Origin: a virus
IMG/VR virus record: IMGVR_UViG_3300030737_000007
Location: 1-64,000 of that record
DNA length: 64,000 nucleotides
Direction: 5' to 3' (one strand)
In this document: positions 28,669 through 37,994 of the stretch, one piece after another
How the letters are laid out: each line of letters begins with the position of its first letter
Position numbering within the stretch: position 1 is the first letter of the stretch
Translations under genes and position numbers: made by a program
Notes under the pieces: generated by a model
What the model saw: the letters and a program-made list of their open reading frames with translations, nothing else
Databases searched by the model: none
Told to the model about the DNA's origin: nothing

Positions 28669-29004
28669 TTAGACCGTCCACCAGAGGAACAAGCGCGTTC
28701 CCGTCGCAGTAAGTCCAGTAACGGCGAAGTCCCGCCAGGTCAGGTAGTCACCTGAATCCGGGTTGTCTACGTATAGGATGGTGTTCGCCGCGGACGAACC
28801 GGGCACAACCATCGGGGGGAACAGCGTAGAGCTATCAGACGGAGCCGTGATCGTAACGGTGCCCGCGGTCGAAGCCCCACCGGGCCCGACGGCCAGCGTC
28901 AGCTTTTGGACACGGATGCCTTGGAGTCGTTCACCTGACGTAGTACGATACGAAGTAATATCCGTATCAATAATTAGGGGTAAACTGTTGAGAGAATTGG
29001 CCAT
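28669..29004 (-). CDS. Hypothetical (possibly virion) protein
   Basis: 111 aa beta-rich; GGAG RBS. Confidence 0.55.
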   Translation of the reverse strand: MANSLNSLPLIIDTDITSYRTTSGERLQGIRVQKLTLAVGPGGASTAGTVTITAPSDSSTLFPPMVVPGSSAANTILYVDNPDSGDYLTWRDFAVTGLTATGTRLFLWWTV

Positions 29005-29232
29005 TTAGTTCTCCGGAAAGTATTTGCCGAGCACTCCGGACAACCGGTTGGCTACAGCCTTGTAATGAATTTTGATTCTCGGGTCGTCCGTAATCCGCTC
29101 GACCTCCCTGCAATCCTCTGCGTACTCCTCCAGTTCAAACCGGATAGCTTCGAGGGTCAGGTACTGGCCGATCGCCAGGATAATCAGGAACGCGAGCCCA
29201 ACGCCGAACACGGCAACTAGCAGGAATTCCAT
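29005..29232 (-). CDS. Small membrane protein
   Basis: N-terminal TM helix; GAGGAG RBS. Confidence 0.55.
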   Translation of the reverse strand: MEFLLVAVFGVGLAFLIILAIGQYLTLEAIRFELEEYAEDCREVERITDDPRIKIHYKAVANRLSGVLGKYFPEN

Positions 29233-29283
29233 TGGGACTCCTCGGGGGTGTTTCCACCCCCTAAGGTTCTGATTCTAAATGGA

Positions 29284-29919
29284 TTAGAGCCGGTTAATGA
29301 CGAATTCCGTGACCACGATCGAGGTCGTAGCAGCGGAAGCGATCGTGAACGAGGGGATGAAGTTCAGATCCGTCAGCCCAACCGCCGTAGCGTTCGCCGT
29401 GGTGCCCGCTGCCACCGAGGCTCCGTTGAGGTAGGCCGTGGAGGTCGTGTAGGCGAGGATCTTCGTAACCGAATCCCAAACGAACTGCGCCTTCAGCCAG
29501 TAGTTGATCGATTGCGAGGCCGTCAGACCAGCGGTACCGGTACCCGTAACAAGCAGGGTGCAGCCAGTGCCGAGCGTGCCGAGAGTATAGCCACCCGCTG
29601 TGCCCGCGCCAGAGCCCGCCGAAAACGAGGAGTTCTTAGCGTTATACAGGCTAACCTGGAAATTGGTGGTGGCCGTCGAGGTTACCTTGAGGGCGAGCGA
29701 GACTTCGAACGGGTGTCCGTCGAACACGCTGCCCGCGATGTCGGCGGGAATGCCAACGAAAAGACCCGTGGGCAAAGAGCTGGTGGACAACGGGAACTCG
29801 GGGGAAGGGAGCCCCGGATAAACTCCGGAAGCGGAAGGAGCGAGGAGCGGGGTATTGGAAGTGACCGCAACCGTCTGCGGGAAATTCTGGATACCGAACG
29901 AGGAGTCTTGACGTGCCAT
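29284..29919 (-). CDS. Putative virion structural/decoration protein (paralog of 6210..6890)
   Basis: Start MARQDSS after AAAGGA; shares motifs with 6210..6890. Confidence 0.6.
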   Translation of the reverse strand: MARQDSSFGIQNFPQTVAVTSNTPLLAPSASGVYPGLPSPEFPLSTSSLPTGLFVGIPADIAGSVFDGHPFEVSLALKVTSTATTNFQVSLYNAKNSSFSAGSGAGTAGGYTLGTLGTGCTLLVTGTGTAGLTASQSINYWLKAQFVWDSVTKILAYTTSTAYLNGASVAAGTTANATAVGLTDLNFIPSFTIASAATTSIVVTEFVINRL

Positions 29920-29987
29920 GATTTGTTGTTTCCTTTGAGGGGTGAGTTGTGTTGCGTCAGGGGCGTAAACCGACCCCACAAATACTG

Positions 29988-30332
29988 CTACCACAGACCG
30001 TTGAACGCGCCTTTAGCAGCTAAATCTTTCATCCGGTTCTGAAAAAGACGACCGTGTTCCCGACCTGTCTTGACCTTATCCCATTGTTCGACGTGGACAA
30101 GTTCGTGGATTACAGTCATGATCGTGACGGACCGGTATCGACGAAGAGCCCAGTCTAGTTCTATCAGGAACTTGCGTTTTCCTTTTGGGACAGTTCCCAG
30201 AACCGATCGGGTCCGCGCCATTATGTGCGAACTCGGAAATCCTTTTCGAACCCACTTGATCTTCACGTTCTTAAGCCTGCCGCGGAAATACCGACTGTTG
30301 GCTAGGTGATAAATCTGTTCGAGCTGCGTCAC
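29988..30332 (-). CDS. SprT-like metalloprotease domain protein
   Basis: YHLANSRYFRGRL, IHELVH and HGRLF motifs; GTGA-coupled. Confidence 0.75.
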   Translation of the reverse strand: MTQLEQIYHLANSRYFRGRLKNVKIKWVRKGFPSSHIMARTRSVLGTVPKGKRKFLIELDWALRRYRSVTIMTVIHELVHVEQWDKVKTGREHGRLFQNRMKDLAAKGAFNGLW

Positions 30333-30661
30333 CAAAGATCCTTGAGCGCCCCCAGGTTGGCGAGCCGTTTCATTTCGTCCTGGAATATCTTTCCATGCCC
30401 ACACCGTACCCGGGCCGGAGCGTTCCGGAGTTTACAGTGCGCCATCTCGTGAACCAAAAGCAAGAGAGAGTAGTTGTCCAGTTTCAGACGTTTGATCAGA
30501 GGGTGAATATGGATTCGGTAGGTTCCGTCTTCGTACGAGATAAACTCCGCGGCGTGCCCAGACGAAACATCAGCGTACCCTACGAATATATCGGGCAACG
30601 AGTTTCCGAAGTACTTTCGGTTGAAAACCCTGTATTGCTGCTTAAGCTCCCGGTTGGTCAC
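30329..30661 (-). CDS. SprT-like metalloprotease domain protein (tandem paralog)
   Basis: YRVFNRKYFGNSLP, VHEMAH and HGKIF motifs. Confidence 0.75.
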   Translation of the reverse strand: MTNRELKQQYRVFNRKYFGNSLPDIFVGYADVSSGHAAEFISYEDGTYRIHIHPLIKRLKLDNYSLLLLVHEMAHCKLRNAPARVRCGHGKIFQDEMKRLANLGALKDLW

Positions 30662-31109
30662 TGTTCCAAAGCCCCACCTCGAATTGTCTTCGTCTAGTAA
30701 GGCCGTCCAGAACTACCAACTCCCCGTTGACCCGGGCTTTATTGTACTCCAGGATCTTGAGGGGAACTTCTACATACCCGCCTTGGTTGAGTCCAGTTTC
30801 GGAAATAACGTGCTGGAGGGTACCGGCACCCAGGTTGAAGGTAAAGCTGGAGAGTGCGTCGAACTTATTCTGCGTCAGCGGCACTCGGACAAACTCGTTG
30901 ATGTACCGCTCGGATACGTGGACAAGGTCTGCTGCGAAGAGCGAGAGAGCCTGCTGGATCGTAATCGGCTTTTCCGTACCGTTTAGCGGACCGAGGTGAA
31001 GGAGATGACCCACCCCCACCGTTGCGTTTCCGGAAGCGTCGTTGTATGGAACCAGTTTGCAGCTCTCGAAGGAGAAGATACGGGCCGCGGTCTGGGAGGA
31101 GGTTGTCAT
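30642..31109 (-). CDS. Endolysin, GH24 lysozyme
   Basis: E-x8-D-x5-T triad (FESCKLVPYNDASGNATVGVGH), FDALSSFTFNLG, GLTRRR. Confidence 0.92.
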   Translation of the reverse strand: MTTSSQTAARIFSFESCKLVPYNDASGNATVGVGHLLHLGPLNGTEKPITIQQALSLFAADLVHVSERYINEFVRVPLTQNKFDALSSFTFNLGAGTLQHVISETGLNQGGYVEVPLKILEYNKARVNGELVVLDGLTRRRQFEVGLWNSDQPGA

Positions 31110-32345
31110 GGGTGGTACGACTGGGGTCCGTTTACAATTTGGAAACCGGAAATAAAATGACTTTGGTAATTTAAATAAATTACTTTAGTATTTATGAAAG
31201 GAAAAGACCCTCGGGGTGACCAGGTCACGTAGCGGTACCGGCGGCGGCCAAGGGGGTAAGGCCCGCCCCAGCCGAAACTGATTTTAGGGTCCCCTACTCT
31301 AGCCAGCCAGCGACTCGATCTAACTCACTCAGTCTAAACGAGTTAGCACGCTGTAACATGACTGGCTTTCGACTCTGATACACTGTTGCGAGTCGGGCAT
31401 CTAGTGTATTCAGCGACTCACCAAAGGGAAATTGACACAATCGCGTCACAATACCGCGTCAAGTGATTGATTCTAAAGGCTGTTGACTAATCGTAGGATT
31501 AGTCTCGATGTCGTGTTGTCCATTATTCGGATATTTTCGCGGTAAAAACACACTGAAAAGTTCCACGTAACCTATTCGTCGGGCGTGTTCAGCAATTAGG
31601 CGTGTTCGCGGTACGTGAACGGCTGGAGCAGCGTGTCGCCAGTGTAGAACGGAGAGAACGGGAACATCTCCGCTAGTTTATGCCTTGCTTCGCTTACACA
31701 CGAGTCGCATACTTCTATTGTCTTTCCCCGTTCGATCTCTACCAGCTTATAGGCTATGTCATGCTTAGGGCATTGGGCGAGCATTGTATCCTTTGGGCGC
31801 GAGTCCATTATCCGGACAAGGTTTCAGTAATCAGGTCGGTTTCAGCATTCGGTGAACCAAGGCAGACGGGTGAAACTAACTCCCATCGCTCAACTTGAAT
31901 GCTCTATCTCTACCCTTGGACTGTCTTACACTCTCTACAGTCTTATTACATCCGTTGCGGGCAAGCTGTTTCGTACTTAGCAGGCTGGTCCGTATTCTCG
32001 GAACGTTGGGCGCGCCTCAATCTTTAGTCGAAACGCCAGCGATTCACTAGGCATGTACTCTGTGACGTTGTTCGCTTGCATCCAGCGCGCGAGCTCATCT
32101 AGGCTGTTGCAGTCTTGTGCGCGTTCAGGCAGTTTGCGCGCGTCTAGCACGATAACCCTATGTCCAGACCGTCGCCGCATCTGTCCAGCCTATAGCGAAT
32201 CTCTTTGATCCATTCCGCATACCATTGCTCTATCGCGCGGTCAAGTTTGCATCTCTTGAGCGTTGCGCCGTGCCGGTATTTGTCCCTGTTGCGCGCCATA
32301 GTTGTCCGGATAATGGAAAATCGTGCTACGTGTCGCTTGTTTACC

Positions 32346-32537
32346 CTATGCCCTTGTACCTAACACGCTGTTTGGGAGTGTTGCGCGCGGTTTACGCTTC
32401 GCCCTGGGGCGCGGCTTTATCTTGCGTATCTGCGTGAGTTGCGCGCTCGCCGTTAGCTTTTGATCCATGCTCGCATTGGGGTCCTCACAGATGCGGATCA
32501 AGACTTGCTCTAATCTTTGGGCGATAGTCTTTGGCAT
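32346..32537 (-). CDS. Small basic protein at the head of the late operon
   Basis: 63 aa, helical with a K/R-rich tail; function unknown. Confidence 0.45.
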   Translation of the reverse strand: MPKTIAQRLEQVLIRICEDPNASMDQKLTASAQLTQIRKIKPRPRAKRKPRATLPNSVLGTRA

Positions 32538-32826
32538 GGGTTAGCGGTTGGGCTTGGCGTGCGGTTTTCCATTATCTGGAAAGTGGTTCTAAGCGGTTCC
32601 CTAAGTCAAGTATATAATCATTACTATACTTGCTTTAGAACCATCAACATAAGGTTTGGGGCAGAGTGTTTCCCAGTGGTTAGGGCGCTAGCGCTTTGAG
32701 CGTTGAAAGCCATAGAGGATAGGCGCGCATTCTGCCCCGTCCGTAAACCGTAAAAAGGTCTACATAGTTATTAGACGTTCAAATGAGACGAAAATCACAA
32801 CCCATCCGAAAAATAATTGAAAATAA

Positions 32827-33240
32827 TTACTTTTGGGCTTGACGTTTGGCCTGATACTCGTCTAACATGTACCGCCTATCCGCTGGCATTTCCCACCTGT
32901 TGAGGACGATAAACCCGAACTTGCCCATTCGATTGAGCGGCGGCTTATGCGTATGAATGAGATACGCCTCTGTCCACATCCTGGTTAGATCGTTCGGGAT
33001 CTCGATACACGACACATGCGTCACTCCGTTGTCTATAAATTCCTGCATTCGGTTGTGGTACAGCAGCCTGTGTCGCGGCTGGACCGATGTTCCAACATAT
33101 AGCAGCCGGTTTGCCGCCCAAACTGTGTATACAGCGGGCCGTTTCGGAGCGGTACGGGCCGCCGCAAACCATTCATTCTCTTTGGGCGTGCCTGTCTTAT
33201 ATGGATAATTGGGTGGGAGCTGAAAATCGTCTGAATACAT
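32827..33240 (-). CDS. Small GIY-YIG nuclease
   Basis: AVYTV...LLYVGTS...RHRL..H and conserved E/P.LN; ATG 7 nt after TGTGATATAAT. Confidence 0.8.
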   Translation of the reverse strand: MYSDDFQLPPNYPYKTGTPKENEWFAAARTAPKRPAVYTVWAANRLLYVGTSVQPRHRLLYHNRMQEFIDNGVTHVSCIEIPNDLTRMWTEAYLIHTHKPPLNRMGKFGFIVLNRWEMPADRRYMLDEYQAKRQAQK

Positions 33241-33280
33241 GCTCCCATTATATCACATGCAATTTATTTCAGAAAAACAC

Positions 33281-33309
33281 TTGACAATTTATTCGGTGGG
33301 GAATAATGT
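33281..33309 (+). promoter_or_regulatory. Rightward early promoter at the arm divergence point
   Basis: TTGACA followed by an AATAATGT -10-like region, back-to-back with the leftward promoter. Confidence 0.55.
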
Positions 33310-33960
33310 GAGTTTGTTGGTTCAAAGCAAACGGAGGAAACACCCCATGAAAGACGCACAACAGGCTTTCGAGGAAGCGATCGCAGCCGGTAGACTGTCA
33401 CTCAACCCAGCCGCCACCAACTATGTCGGGCATTACATGTACATGGGCCCGAACGCAGCCGGAACACTCGACACGTTCAAACATCGTCTTACCCGGCAGT
33501 ACATCGCCTAACCGAAACGTCTTTACAACCTGGGAGGTAGAAAGTGCAAACCCTAAAGAAACTAACACTTACACACGTATTGCTCGCCGTCATTGCTGTG
33601 ATGCTCGGCCTAACCTATCACCGGCTGTTTCTCATGGATCAAGACATAGAGAACAACGTAGAGTTTTCACAACAGATTGCAACAGCGTTCGGCGCGCTTC
33701 CGAGCTCGGCGCGCTAGTTCTCAGTTTGAGAATTCCAGATAATGGACATAACCGCGCGGCGCGTATCGTCGCAGAATGAGGAACTTATGGAAGATCCAAG
33801 GGACGAAATTTACCGCGAAATGGCTCGGGAAGAGTACGGCTCCGACGAATGCGAGATAGATGATAACGCAGTGGTCAGCTACGGCGAGGATGGGGCGTTC
33901 GTCGCGGCTTGGGTTTGGGTTCGCTACCCCGAGAAAAGCGAAACAGAGGACGAAGACGAA

Positions 33961-34016
33961 GCCGCCTGATGAGCCGGTGAGATCCCGGCGAAACGCTCGA
34001 ACCTGGGCGTAGCGGT
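33961..34016 (+). ncRNA. Hammerhead ribozyme (type I)
   Basis: Stem I GCCGC/GCGGT, CTGATGA, stem II GCCGG/CCGGC, GAAA, stem III CGCTC/GGGCG, GUA triplet; cleavage after A34011. Confidence 0.88.
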
Positions 34017-34202
34017 ACGCAACTTGACAACCTAACCCCTAGCCTGTAGTATGGTCTAAATCTGAAAGTGAGGCGCGATGCCTAAGCTAACCCCAACTGA
34101 GCGCGGATACATGAAGACGGAGTTTATCGAGTTCGTTTGTCTTATGGCGCTCTTGATATTCATTCTTTGGATCTGAACCGAGACCCGGCGGTATCCGGGT
34201 TA

Positions 34203-34269
34203 GCTCCCCTACAACCTGGCCGCCAAGTGGCGGGGAGCGGGCAACGGGTTTATCCCGGCTAATAGGTTG
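34203..34269 (+). ncRNA. HDV-like self-cleaving ribozyme
   Basis: P1 GCTCCCC/GGGGAGC, P2 CAACCTG/TAGGTTG, P3 GCC/GGC, P1.1 CC/GG, GCAA, P4 CGGG/CCCG, J4/2 GCTAA (catalytic C34259). L3 starts with G rather than the usual U. Confidence 0.82.
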
Positions 34270-35390
34270 AGAAAGAGAGGGTTACATGAGAAAATATCCT
34301 GAACACGAAAAACAAGCGAAGGTGCTCGACCAGAGTCAAACAATTGGCTCGTTCCTAGATAACGGCGGTCTGGGTGATGGTGTAGTTTTAGCCAAATGGG
34401 ACGAACGTCCGGGGAGGGATAATCTGTACCCCATCCACATGGATATCAACAAAATACTCGCCGCTTATTTTGAGATCGACCTCAACAAGATCGAAAAGGA
34501 AAAGCAGCAGATGCTGAAAGATCTCCGAACGGCTGCCGCATGAAACGCCATGATCTAATGCGCTACACCTACGGCGATATCTCTTACCTGGTAATAGTCC
34601 AGCGGGCAACGCTCGACGAGTTCGGGACTGTACTAGTCAAGCGGGATGACGACGGGCACTATTTCTTCGCCACGCCCGAACGGTTGGAGGCTGTAATTGC
34701 TGATCCCAGCGTTTAGCCGCTCCCCCAGCCGTTTACCACCAAAGGCCGCGACCAGGTTTAGGGCCGCGATTCTACCCGCTGGACGCAAAACAGTAAGCCG
34801 CACGGCGCGAACGGATTGGACCTGTGTAGCCTGTATGAAGGGTAAACACGGGTGCGTAAGTCGCAAATGTAACTGTGTCCGGTGTAATCTAGCTTGACGG
34901 GCACGAAACCGCAGCGTAGTATTCCATTATTTGGAAAGAGAGGGCCAAATGACTAAGAAGGACGCCGTAGCAACAGCAGTCAAGCGAGTAGACGAGACTG
35001 GGTTTACCTTCCTCGTTTTGCGCCGAGGATATGGCTATCGAGCGCAAATCTCTTCCTACCCAGTTGCGCGAGGCTGGAAGATCGCCGAACAGATTGGTGT
35101 CGGCAACGTACAGAACTTCCGCGATGACCTACAGGAATTCAACCCGATTTGTGATGTCGTTTCTTAGGAGGAACCGATGCCGAGATACAAAGTAGCTTTA
35201 GAAGTCGAGATCGAAGCCGAAAGCGCAGAGGCCGCGTTTGCTTACGTCCGGTCTTACGCCACGATCACAGACGAGTACGCGGCCCAACACGGTACGCAAT
35301 CGCAGTTTGAGTTCTATGTGTTGCCGCCAGAAGAGCTGGCCGAGGGAGAATTGGTAATTCAGTAACACGCCCGCCCGAGCGTATCGGGTA

Positions 35391-35439
35391 GTCCGCCACA
35401 AACCAGCCTCCACGCGGCGCGGACGGGTAAAGCTAATGG
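35391..35439 (+). ncRNA. Minimal HDV-like ribozyme lacking P4
   Basis: P1 GTCCGC/GCGGAC, P3 GCC/GGC, L3 TCCACGC, P1.1 CC/GG, J4/2 GCTAA (C35433); P2 is only CCA/TGG. Confidence 0.65.
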
Positions 35440-36296
35440 GCGAAAGGGAGTGTTTATGCAATGCAAGATATGCAACACCAGGACGGAAGCGCCTTACGCT
35501 GTAGCGACGAGAGTCAACAGCAAGGAGCTTTCCATCAAAAGGTATAACCGCACGGCGCAGCCGGTCAAAGGCTCGGTGTTACTATGTGGCGTGCGTTGCT
35601 CGGGCTCGGCGCTTGAACGGTTCCTACAGTCGGGCTCTCTTGAAATGCCAAACCAGCAAGGGAGGATTCCAGATAATGGACGAACAATTTGACCCCGAGA
35701 AAGTAGATCGCTGGGAGCCCCAATGGGACTATGACTTCGCGGGCATGGGAATAGACCCCGATGGCGGTTTCGTAGCCGTAGAAGATTACGACAAACTCCT
35801 ACAAGTCCACATCCAGACTCTAATCGACTTCAACGCCTGCACCCTAAAGCTCGCCGCAATGAAAGGATGACATGACCGACCTAGCCGAACGCAGCACACG
35901 CAACCGCTTCGGGACCTCCGAGGTACTGTTCACCAAGGGCAAGAACCGGAAGATAATTGTCGAGGCCCGCCCGCGGTGTGCTATCATAAAGTTCTCAGGG
36001 TTACACGCAGAGTATGAGGTTCCGTGGAGCGCGATCGCGAGCCTGGCAGTAAAGGCAGACGTGGCGGCTAAGCGGGCGGCGAAGAAAGCGAAGGTGGCGG
36101 CGTGATTGAAGTAACAACCAGCAAACAGTGGGCTTGGTGCAAAACCTGTGACGGCCTGATTGTGCGGGAGTCAGCAGATCGCATTTGGAGCCACGCCCGA
36201 TCAAACAACCATTGCCACAATTTGGTCGTAGAGCCTTTCATTTCAGCCACTGAGATAGAAATGGCTTCCTTGCTCCGAAATTCCAGATAATGGAAA

Positions 36297-36482
36297 TCAA
36301 CCCGCCGCAACAGCAGACTGAACCACAACACTAGGAAATATCACCAAGTTGGACTTCGGGGTCGCCTCTAACAAGGCGGCCCCTGTTGTTGCTACCCAGT
36401 CCTCGATGGCTTGCTCTATAATGGTTTCGACCGACAGTCCGGTCCGCACGGCGTAATCCTCGACAAGTTCTAGGTAGGTCAT
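36297..36482 (-). CDS. Small ribbon-helix-helix-like protein, candidate regulator
   Basis: Lone minus-strand gene in the right arm; A..TGLS...II..AI..W helix pattern; ATG 8 nt after TATATT. Confidence 0.45.
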   Translation of the reverse strand: MTYLELVEDYAVRTGLSVETIIEQAIEDWVATTGAALLEATPKSNLVIFPSVVVQSAVAAG

Positions 36483-36637
36483 AGTGAGCAATATAGCTCA
36501 TGCCCATCCGACATAGCAAGCATAAATCTGTGGAAATCAAATAATTCTGTAAAATTGTTTCCATTTCCGTACAACTGTGCCGCTATGCGGTGTATCATAC
36601 AGACATCCGCCCTACTAGGGCATACAGGAGATTTACA

Positions 36638-37312
36638 ATGGCGAAGCAAGCAATCCACACACCAGACCTCGCCGAGCTGCAATCGTTAGAGGGCTGGGCC
36701 CAACTAGATCCAGATGAGCGAGAGACAATCGTAACCAAGGCTGAGGACTTGGCCCGAGCACTTCACCAGGAGGGCCAATCCAAACTCAGCATCGGCTCCC
36801 ACTTGGTGGTGATCCGTGGTATACTCCACCCTAAGAAGATGTGGACTGGGTTCCTCCGGAAGAGTTTCCACATGAGCGTGGCTACGGCGTTCCGGTATAT
36901 CGCCGAGCATGAGACAGTTTCGAAGGCGCTGCCCGCCAACGTGATGAGCATTGCCATGAGCCGCGGGTATAAGATCAAGCCCCAGGCGATCGCGAAGAAC
37001 CCACCGCCCAAGACGACGGATACGAAAGAGATTGTCCATTATCTGGACAAACTGGTCCGTATCCCAAAGTCGAAGGTGATCGTGGTCGAGGCGCTGGACA
37101 CCGACCTGATGCTGAAGGAATGCCTGAACTTCTGCAAGACTCGGTTCGCGCGCGTGCCAAGTGGCCGCGCGAAGACTAACTTCACCCGGGCGCTGCTGGG
37201 TATGCTGCTCACCACTTTTGGAATGTCAGACCAGACGCTTGCTCCCGTAGCCGTCCCCGCTTTCTTTGCGGCAAAGCGGGGACGCCCGCTTGGGTCGCGT
37301 AAGGCTGCCTGA
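36638..37312 (+). CDS. DUF3102-like DNA-binding protein with C-terminal AT-hook
   Basis: IG..L...R.......W..FL...F.MS..TA.RYI pattern; KRGRPLGSRK tail; AGGAG RBS. Confidence 0.65.
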   Translation: MAKQAIHTPDLAELQSLEGWAQLDPDERETIVTKAEDLARALHQEGQSKLSIGSHLVVIRGILHPKKMWTGFLRKSFHMSVATAFRYIAEHETVSKALPANVMSIAMSRGYKIKPQAIAKNPPPKTTDTKEIVHYLDKLVRIPKSKVIVVEALDTDLMLKECLNFCKTRFARVPSGRAKTNFTRALLGMLLTTFGMSDQTLAPVAVPAFFAAKRGRPLGSRKAA

Positions 37313-37318
37313 CTGAGG

Positions 37319-37345
37319 GGGCTGGGGTTCGCCTCAGCCCTTTCT
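37319..37345 (+). terminator. Intrinsic terminator
   Basis: GGGCTGGGG-TTCG-CCTCAGCCC hairpin followed by TTTCT. Confidence 0.7.
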
Positions 37346-37994
37346 CAATTTGAGAATTGTGGAAATAAGAGTTGACTTTTTGCGGGGCGGTGGTATTCTA
37401 TGAGGCATGGGAGCCTTTGATCTCTACGGACAGTACTACGAGAATGCCCGCGACGCTCACAACGCCGAAGATGCGCAGTGCGCAGCGATTGACGCTCAGG
37501 TTGCGGCGGAACGGGTGAACCAGTCAGAGTCGTATCTCTACAGTTTGTTGGAAGGCCAGCACTGGGAGATTGTACAACTGACTGAGCGTGTTGCCGCCTT
37601 AGAAGCGAAACTATCGGAGACCAAATGAGCCTATACAGCCAAGCACGGGCCTGTGGCGTCAACCCCGACGCGGATGCGGATCCAGAGGATTATGATCGGT
37701 ACGCACATCACTATGTCTGCAACGCTTGCGCCGCAACCGAAGACTTTGCCCAGTATCGCGCCAACTATGTCTGCCCGTGGTGCGGCGAGGGAGTAATGGA
37801 GCTAGACACGCTATGACGCCCCGACAGAAAACCATGAATGAGATTTGCGACATTCTCCACGAGCAGGTCAAGGCCGACGGCATGGGTATGGACCGAGAGA
37901 GGTTCATAAAACAGCACCGACGCTTGAACCACAAGTGGTTACTGGTTGCGCTAGAGAACTTGAAGAACCCGATCAAAGATGAGGTTTCCGGATA

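Larger units (their letters stand above)
33348..36290 (+). other. Early small-gene cluster (e.g. 33348-33511, 33787-33969, 34078-34176, 34286-34543, 34949-35167, 35177-35365, 35676-35870, 35872-36105, 36102-36290)
   Basis: Short ORFs with RBSs, all hypothetical; internal promoters TTGACA-17-TAGTAT (34024-34052) and TTGACG-17-TAGTAT (~34894-34922). Confidence 0.6.
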
